From Octopus vulgaris (taxonomy: Eukaryota), in assembly GCA_951406725.2 (NCBI GenBank), contig CATOCA020000001.1:3286001-3350000 (forward strand): a stretch of 64,000 nt of DNA, given 5' to 3'. Position 1 is the stretch's first letter. Every line of letters starts with the position of its first letter. The notes under the pieces were generated by a model. It saw only the letters and a list, made by a program, of their open reading frames with translations, was not told the DNA's origin and did no database searches. Shown here in pieces: positions 54,031 to 64,000 of the stretch. The position numbers were made by a program, and so were the translations under genes.

Positions 54031-56110
54031 AAGAAGGAAAGAAATAAAAAAAGATAGAGAGAATGTGTGAGAGAAAAAGGAAAGAGAAAAACAAAAGAAA
54101 CAAAAACGAAAGAAAGAAGAAAAGAAGGAAAGGAAAAAGGTGAGAAAGAAAGAAGGATAAAAAAGGAAGAGGAAAGAAAGAGAGAAAGAACAAGAAAACA
54201 AGGAAAGAAGGAAATATGTAAAGGAAGAAAAAAGAAGCAAATGCTCAAAAAGATAAAGAAACAAGAAGGAAAGAAAGAAAGAAAGAAGGAAAGGAAAGGA
54301 AAAGAAGGAAAGAAAGAAAGAAAGAAAGCAGGAAAGAAAGAAAGTAAGAAAGAAAGAAAGAAAGAAAGGAAGAAATAAAGAAAGTCGAAGTGATTCTTTC
54401 GTTCTTTGAAGAGAGGAGGAGGGAGAGTGAGTGGGAGAAAAAGCGAGAGACGGAAAGAGAGGGAGAAAGATGGAGAGTAAGAAGGAGAGAGAGAGAGGAT
54501 TAGAACAAAACATAATTGATAGAGAGGGAGAGTAGGAGTTGAGAGACAAGGAGAAAATAGGCGGAGAGTTAATATATAATGAGGTAAGAGAGAGAGAGGG
54601 CGGAGTGACAGTGACAGGGGTTGGAAGATAGAGAGAGAGAGAGAGTAAGAAAAGAGAGTGAGAAAGAGAGAGGCAAATAATGAGACAGACAAAGCGACAG
54701 AGAGAGAGAGGGAGACAGAGAGAGAGAGAGAGTGATAGATAGAGAGAGAGAGATAGAAAGGGAGTAAAGAGGGATATATAAGCTTAGCAAAAGAGGGAAA
54801 GTATGAGGTAAGAGATAAAAGCAAAGAAGGCGTAGTCATATAATGAGGTGGGGGAGAGAGAGAGAGATGGCGACAGAGAGGTTTGGAAATTGAGGGGGAG
54901 GGATTGACGTGGGCGAGAAAGCAAAAGTAGAGGGATATTATGATATATGAGGTGGTAAAGAGGGAGAGAGAGAGAGAGAGAGAGTGAGGGGGTCTCCTCT
55001 GAGACAAAGATGGGAGAGGGAGTGTATCGGTTGAGAGAGGGAGTGAAAGAATTGGAGAAGCACAGCGAAGGATATGTGTGTGTGTGTGTGTAGAGGGTTT
55101 TTTAAGTGTCCTTATTTCTTATAGGAAAACAATACAAAATTTTAGCGTACGTGGCTGTTATTTCTAGCATCACGTAAGACCACCAGATGGACAATATTTC
55201 TCCAGATGCTTTTTAAAGTATCCTTCAATCGTGCATGAAAATGATACAATGAGCTATTATTTCTAGCAAGATACCGGACCACCTGTAGAACAATACGAAG
55301 CATCGTTGGTCTTTCTTGAATGATGCGAGACAATATAGGGGTCAGATTGCTTCATAAAGTTTTCTGAAGTTATCCTTCACTTACATACATAAAAAAGGAT
55401 AAACAAAGGGAATTTGAAGTCCCTTGGTTTGTGTTTTCAGCATCAATACTGACCACTTTGACGGGGGCAGATTTATGATTCTTTAAGACCTTTCAGTTCT
55501 CTATGAAAAAGAACACAAATTTCTGTGCACTTGACAGTTATTTCTAGCATGATGTGAAGTCCTCTATAAGACAATTCTTTTAATAAAGGTTTCTTAAATT
55601 GTCCTTCAATGACTGAACTATTTTCATTAAATTAATTAAATAATTAATTAGTTAGTAATCAACGTAAACAAGAAAACAATTTTAAGGCAAATCTGAAAAT
55701 ATAATTTATTAGAAGGACAGAAGCGTCTGAGAAATAAAATTAAAGGAAGAGGGAAAGGGTAATGTATAATGCAGCGGGGGGAGTGGGAAAAGGGAGAGGG
55801 CGGGGTGTGATAGGTTAATGCATGGGGGTAACAGAGAAGGAGAGAGGGTGAGTATGAGACATAGAGTTGCGGCAAGTGAGGGAGAGGATAAGGTAAGTGA
55901 TGTAGCAAGGGAGGTGGAGAGATTGAAATGAATGTGTAATGAGATGGTGAGAGAAAGGAGAGAAAGAGGGATAACTCGAATATATGATGTAGATGCGAGG
56001 AATAGAGAGAGAGAGAGAGAGTGGGAGAGAGGGTAGGAAAGAGAGAGAGAGAGAGAGAGGAGAAAGCGGATGTGAGGAAAACAGAGTATGAAGTAAGAGA
56101 ATCAATAAGA

Positions 56111-56521
56111 AGGCGGCGAGCTGGCAGAAACGTTAGCACGCCGGACCAAATGCTTTGTGGCATTTCGTCCGCCGTTACGTTGTGAGTTCAAATTCCGCCG
56201 AGGTGGACTTCGCCATTCATCATTTCGGGGTCGATTAAATAAGTACCAGTTACGCACTGGGGTCGATATAATCGACTTAATCCGTTTGTCTGTCCTTGTT
56301 TGTCCTCTCTGTGTTTAGCCCTTTGTGGGTAGTAAAGAAATAGGTATTTCGTCTACCGTTAAATTCTGAGTTCAAATTCCGCCGAGGTCGACTTTGCCTT
56401 TCATCCTTTCGGGGTTAATAAATTAAGTACTAGTTACGCACTTAGGTCGATGTAATCGACTTAATCCGTTTGTCTGTCCTTGTTTGTCCCCTCTATGTTT
56501 AGCCCCTTGTGGGCAATAAAC
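56111..56521 (+). mobile_element. tRNA-derived SINE with tandemly duplicated body
   Basis: Head ggcggcgagctggcagaaacgttagc. The body gagttcaaattccgccgaggtcgactttgcctttcatcctttcgggg...aagtac occurs twice (~180 bp period); a decayed copy lies at about 1148-1235. Confidence 0.8.
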
Positions 56522-56639
56522 AATTAAGCCGGAGTTATATAGCGATATATATATAATAAGGGAGGAAGAAAAGAGAGAGAGAGAGGAGAGAGGGAGAGAG
56601 AGTGACTGAGACGGAGAGAGATCGACATCAATAGATATG

Positions 56640-56721
<82 letters not shown>
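56640..56721 (+). repeat. (GATA)n array at the 3' end of Tx1 copy A
   Basis: About 20 GATA units. Confidence 0.95.
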
Positions 56722-56722
<1 letters not shown>

Positions 56723-57876
56723 GTTTCTTTATTAGCCACACAGATGGGACAAATTACAAGGCAGAGCCTTTCTTTTGAGGGATGAAAAAAAAGTGGCGTA
56801 GGTTTTCGATCAAAAGGGGTCGTAAAAGGGAGAAAAGAAGAAAAGATAAAGAGAGGAAAAGAAACAAAAGAAAAGAAAAAGGAAAAAAGAAGAAAAAGAG
56901 GAAGAGGAACATAAACGATCGATAGGGATCGTGTATCACAGTGTCATGATGTACGGTGTAAAGGGGGAGGCAGATAAGGTTTATCCGTGGGAAGAAAAGC
57001 CTACGGAAAAAGACAACGGTAACCTCGGTCAATATTGTTATATGTTACCACATTTATTTGCAAGTGGGTAACCCTGATTTCAATTTCTGGGTTCACAGGA
57101 CTATACTCAAGGTGGCTTCCTACATTCACCCATCTTTTTTTAAAACATTCACTAGACAAAACTTGCCTCTCTACTCTCACTTTCCTCTTCAAGTGATACA
57201 TGAAGAAGTTGATGAGAGATTGACCAGAGAGGAAAGTGTTTGTCTCCAATCCTTTCAGACGCGTCCACCAGATGCATTTCTTTCGCCATAGCCACAAGGA
57301 TGATGAAAATAGCTCTTCCTTCCCGTTTGAAGGAAAGAGGCGTGACAATATTGACGATAGACTCAGCTGATAAACCGACTCGACCCACACGTGACAGCAG
57401 TTGTTCGACATAAGCCCACAGGTCGGAAATTGTTGGACACTGCACGAGTGCGTGCGGAACGGTTATGTCGCTCTGACCGCATCTCGGGCAGGTCGGCCCC
57501 GTGTTTCTCGAACGGGTAGCGCTTTTCGGTAGCACTGCCAGGCCAGGGATCTCTGGAAGTTGTCCATGGGCCCTGGCCCGAAAATCGTCCTAAACAGGCG
57601 GGTCAGGTATTCCTCGGCGACGCCCAGGTTTGCCCCGAGATCGTCGTCGTACCTCCCCTCCACTAATCCCCTATAGAATTCTTGGGTCGTGTTGGAGTCA
57701 CTCAAGGTCGACCCGGGACGGCAGAGTTGCTTGAGAGCAACGCGACACTCGCGGTGCCATTCGCCCTTCCTCGGCCTCTTTTTGATCCACGACTGCAGTT
57801 CGGTCATGGAGACGAGTTGCGGGAAAGCGTGCCTCACAAACGGCGACCACACCTGTCCACTGTGGGCGACAACACC
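56722..57876 (-). mobile_element. Tx1/L1-type LINE copy A (older, 5'-truncated, small deletions)
   Basis: Homologous to the ORF2 C-terminus and 3' UTR of copy B. Has a 25-nt deletion at 57510, a ~23-nt deletion at 57120 and a frameshift. Ends AATAAAGAAACTT-(ATCT)n. Confidence 0.92.
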
Positions 57877-61096
<3,220 letters not shown>

Positions 61097-63447
61097 TGTT
61101 TCTTTATTAGCCACACAGGGCTGCACACAGATAGAACAAATTACAAGGAAGAGCTTTTCTTTTGAAGGGTTAGAAAAAAAAAAAAAAAAAAAAAAGGAAG
61201 GGGGAGTTTCGATCAAAAGGGATCGTAAAAGGAGAGAAAGAGGACAAAAAAAGGGGGGTTAAAAAAAGGGGGGAGGAAAAAAAATTGATCAATATGGATC
61301 GTTATCACAGAAATGTCAATATGAAGTGTAAAGGGGAGGACAGGTGAGGTTTACCCGTGCAAAGAAAAGCCTACGGAAAAGACCACGGTAACCTCGGTCA
61401 ATGAAGTCACATTTTATATTTCTTTTTTTTTTTTTTTTTTTTTTGCAAATAAGCAACTCTCTGTTTTCGATTTCTGGGTTCATAAGACTATGCTCAAGGT
61501 GGCTTCGTCATTCATACGTGCCATTCTTGCTACATTCACCCATCTTTTTTTAAAACATTCGCTAGACAAAACTTGCCTCTCTACTCTCACTTTCCTTTTC
61601 AAGTGGTACTTGAAGAAGTTGATGAGAGATTGACCAGAGAGGAAAGTGTTTGTCTCCAATCCTTTCAGACGCGTCCACCAGATACATTCTTTCGCCATAG
61701 CCACAAGGATGATGAAAATAGCTCTTCCTTCCCGTTTGAAGGAAGGAGGCGTGACAATATTGACGATAGACTCAGCTGATAAACCGACTCGTCCCACACG
61801 TGACAGCAGTTGTTCGACATAAGCCCACAGGTCGGAAATTGTTGGACACTGAACGAGTGCGTGCAGAACGGTTTCGTCGCTTTGACCGCATCTCGGGCAG
61901 GTCGGCCCCGTGTTTCTCGAGCCGTGTCTGTAGAGCTTATCCCGAACGGGTAGCGCTTCTCGGTAGCACTGCCAGGCCAGGGATCTCTGGAAGTTGTCCA
62001 TGGGCCCTGGCCCGAAAGTCGTCCTGAACAGGCGGGTCAGGTACTCCTCGTCGACGTCCAGGTTCGCCCCGAGCTCGTCGTCGTACCTCCCCTCCACTAA
62101 ACCCCTATAGAATGCTTTGGTTGTGTTGAAGTCACTTAAGGTCGACCCAGGACGTCAGAGTTGCTTGAGAGCAACGCGACACTCGCGGTGCCATTCGCCC
62201 TTCCTCGGCCTCTTTTTGATCCACGACTGCAGTTCGGTCATGGAGACGAGCTGCGGGAAAGCGTGCCTCACAAACGGCGACCACACCTGTTCACCGTCGT
62301 CTACATAGAGCCAGAGATGTCGCAGTCTCAGCGCGTGTCTGCGCATCATCGACCACGGCATGCCCAGCCCTCCTTTTAACGGGTGTTGACAGCAAATGGA
62401 TCGCCTGACCATCGGGACGCATCCTTTCCACAAGAAGCGAAAGAGGATGCGTTGTAGTTTGGTGATGGTAGGGTCGGGACAAGGTACGACGGTCAGGCGG
62501 TAGTAGATGACGGACGCGATGTACGTGTTCGCCACCTCCGCTCGACCTTTTAGGGACAGTTTCCTCTCGGCCCATTGCCGGGCGAGAGTGACCACCCTAC
62601 TCGTTATCTCGTTCCAGTTCTTCTCCACTTGGAGGTCCGGACCAAACCAGACCCCGAGCAACTCAACCGGGCCGTCGGTCCAGCGTCCCACAACGGAGGC
62701 GCTAGTGGACGGCATGGGCTTGCTTCTCCAGGTGCCTAGTCGCAAGCCCACTGACTTTTCCCGGTTGATTTTCGCTCCTGTCACCGCTTCGTAGTTTTTC
62801 AGTGTCTCGCCGACCAGCTCGATGTGCTCGTGGCTAGACACTATGACGGTGACGTCGTCCGCGTATGCAGACACGCTCGTCCCGCATCCCAATTCTCGCG
62901 GGATGCCCCTTAGAGTCGCCAGCTTCCGCAGTAGTGGCTCAAGAGTCAATACGTATAGAAGCGCCGAGAGGGGGCATCCCTGACGGACCGAACGTGCAAT
63001 GTCGAAAGGTCTCGATAGATGTCCATTTACGCGAATTACCGAACGGATGCCTCTGTACAAGGCAGCTATCCATCCGCGGAAAACGGGACCGAAACCAGCC
63101 GCTCTCAGGACTGCCCCCAAGTATCGATGGTCCACCCTATCAAAGGCTTTCGATTGATCCAAGTTGATCAGGGCCCCACCCATGCCAGGTTCGTTAACTA
63201 CCCTGTCTATGATGTAGCGCATCAGATGGAGGTTGTCATGGATGGTCCGGCCTGGCACGGCGCATGTTTGCGCCTTGTCGACCAGTTTCTCGATGACAAG
63301 CGCCAACCTCTTGGCTAGCACCTTGGCCAAAATTTTCAAGTCTGCATTAAGCAGAGTGATGGGCCTAAAGTTATCTATTACATTTCCCTTGTTTAGATCT
63401 TTCTTCAGCAGTGTTACGGCTCCTCGGCTCACAAAACCAGGAATGCT
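61097..63447 (-). mobile_element. Tx1/L1-type LINE copy C (near-identical to B, truncated further 3', one nonsense change)
   Basis: TGC>TGA at 62155-62157 splits an otherwise continuous frame (ORFs 62155-63522 and 61480-62097 are in the same frame). The 5' end at gaatgct joins directly to GATA. Confidence 0.95.
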
Positions 63448-63492
63448 AGATAGATAGATAGATAGATAGATAGATTGATAGATAGATAGATA
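63448..63492 (+). repeat. (GATA)n array between copies C and D
   Basis: About 11 units. Confidence 0.95.
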
Positions 63493-63765
63493 AGTTTCTT
63501 TATTGGCCACACAGGGCTGCACACAGATGGGACAAGTTACAAGGTAGAGCTTTTCTTTTGGGGGATGAAAAAAAAGGGGTGGCGTAGGTTTTCGATCAAG
63601 AGGGATCGTAAAAGGGAAGAAAAGAACAAAAAAAATAATAAAAAATGAAAAAATAAATAGAATAAAAAATAAAAGAATAAAAGAAAAAAAAAGAAAGGGA
63701 AAAGGAACAAAAGAAAAGAGAAAAAAGAAGAAAAAGGGGAAAAAAGGGGAAGAGGAAAAAAAACG

Positions 63766-63766
<1 letters not shown>
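63493..63766 (-). mobile_element. Tx1/L1-type LINE copy D (3' UTR only, A-like subfamily)
   Basis: Ends AATAAAGAAACTT-(ATCT)n. Shares A-type diagnostic sequences cagatgggacaa and gtggcgtaggttttcgatcaa. Confidence 0.88.

Positions 63767-64000
<234 letters not shown>

Noticed and set aside
46392-55007. Long F/L/S-rich and K/E/R-rich ORFs (up to 573 aa)
   Set aside because: Stop-poor polypyrimidine and polypurine low-complexity DNA, not genes.
62155-63522. Read-through ORF fusing the copy D 3' end, YLSI repeats and the copy C RT (likewise 57463-58428)
   Set aside because: Starts at GTG; the TATC strand simply has no stops, so an in-frame join occurs one time in three. The equivalent join into copy B is out of frame and has a TAA.

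Overview
AT-rich, repeat-dense animal DNA. It is most consistent with an octopus or other coleoid cephalopod; this is inferred from the [17 protein letters not shown]-type C2H2 array, the SINE/RTE families and the microsatellite load. The left 35 kb holds the 3' part of a + strand spliced gene that the ORF track mostly misses. It has ten GT-AG exons with compatible phases, encoding ankyrin repeats, a C3HC4-type RING, a linker of tandemly duplicated micro-exons and a C-terminal Death domain (MIB-like E3 ligase with a Death domain). One +1 frameshift lies in an ankyrin exon. The right end (56.6-64 kb) is a head-to-tail stack of four 5'-truncated Tx1/L1-type non-LTR retrotransposons of two subfamilies. 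All point the same way, each is bounded on both sides by (GATA)n, and none has a poly(A) tail, which suggests a (GATA/TATC)n-microsatellite-targeting LINE. Between these lie decayed RTE, CR1-like and Penelope-like elements, two Gypsy-type solo LTRs, and Tc1/mariner, Sola2-like, Chapaev-like and Helitron remnants. There are also fold-back repeats and a tandem repeat carrying minimal hammerhead-ribozyme motifs, a 28S rRNA fragment fused to a mariner end, a C2H2 zinc-finger pseudogene and purine/pyrimidine minisatellites. All calls were made by eye; no database searches were run.
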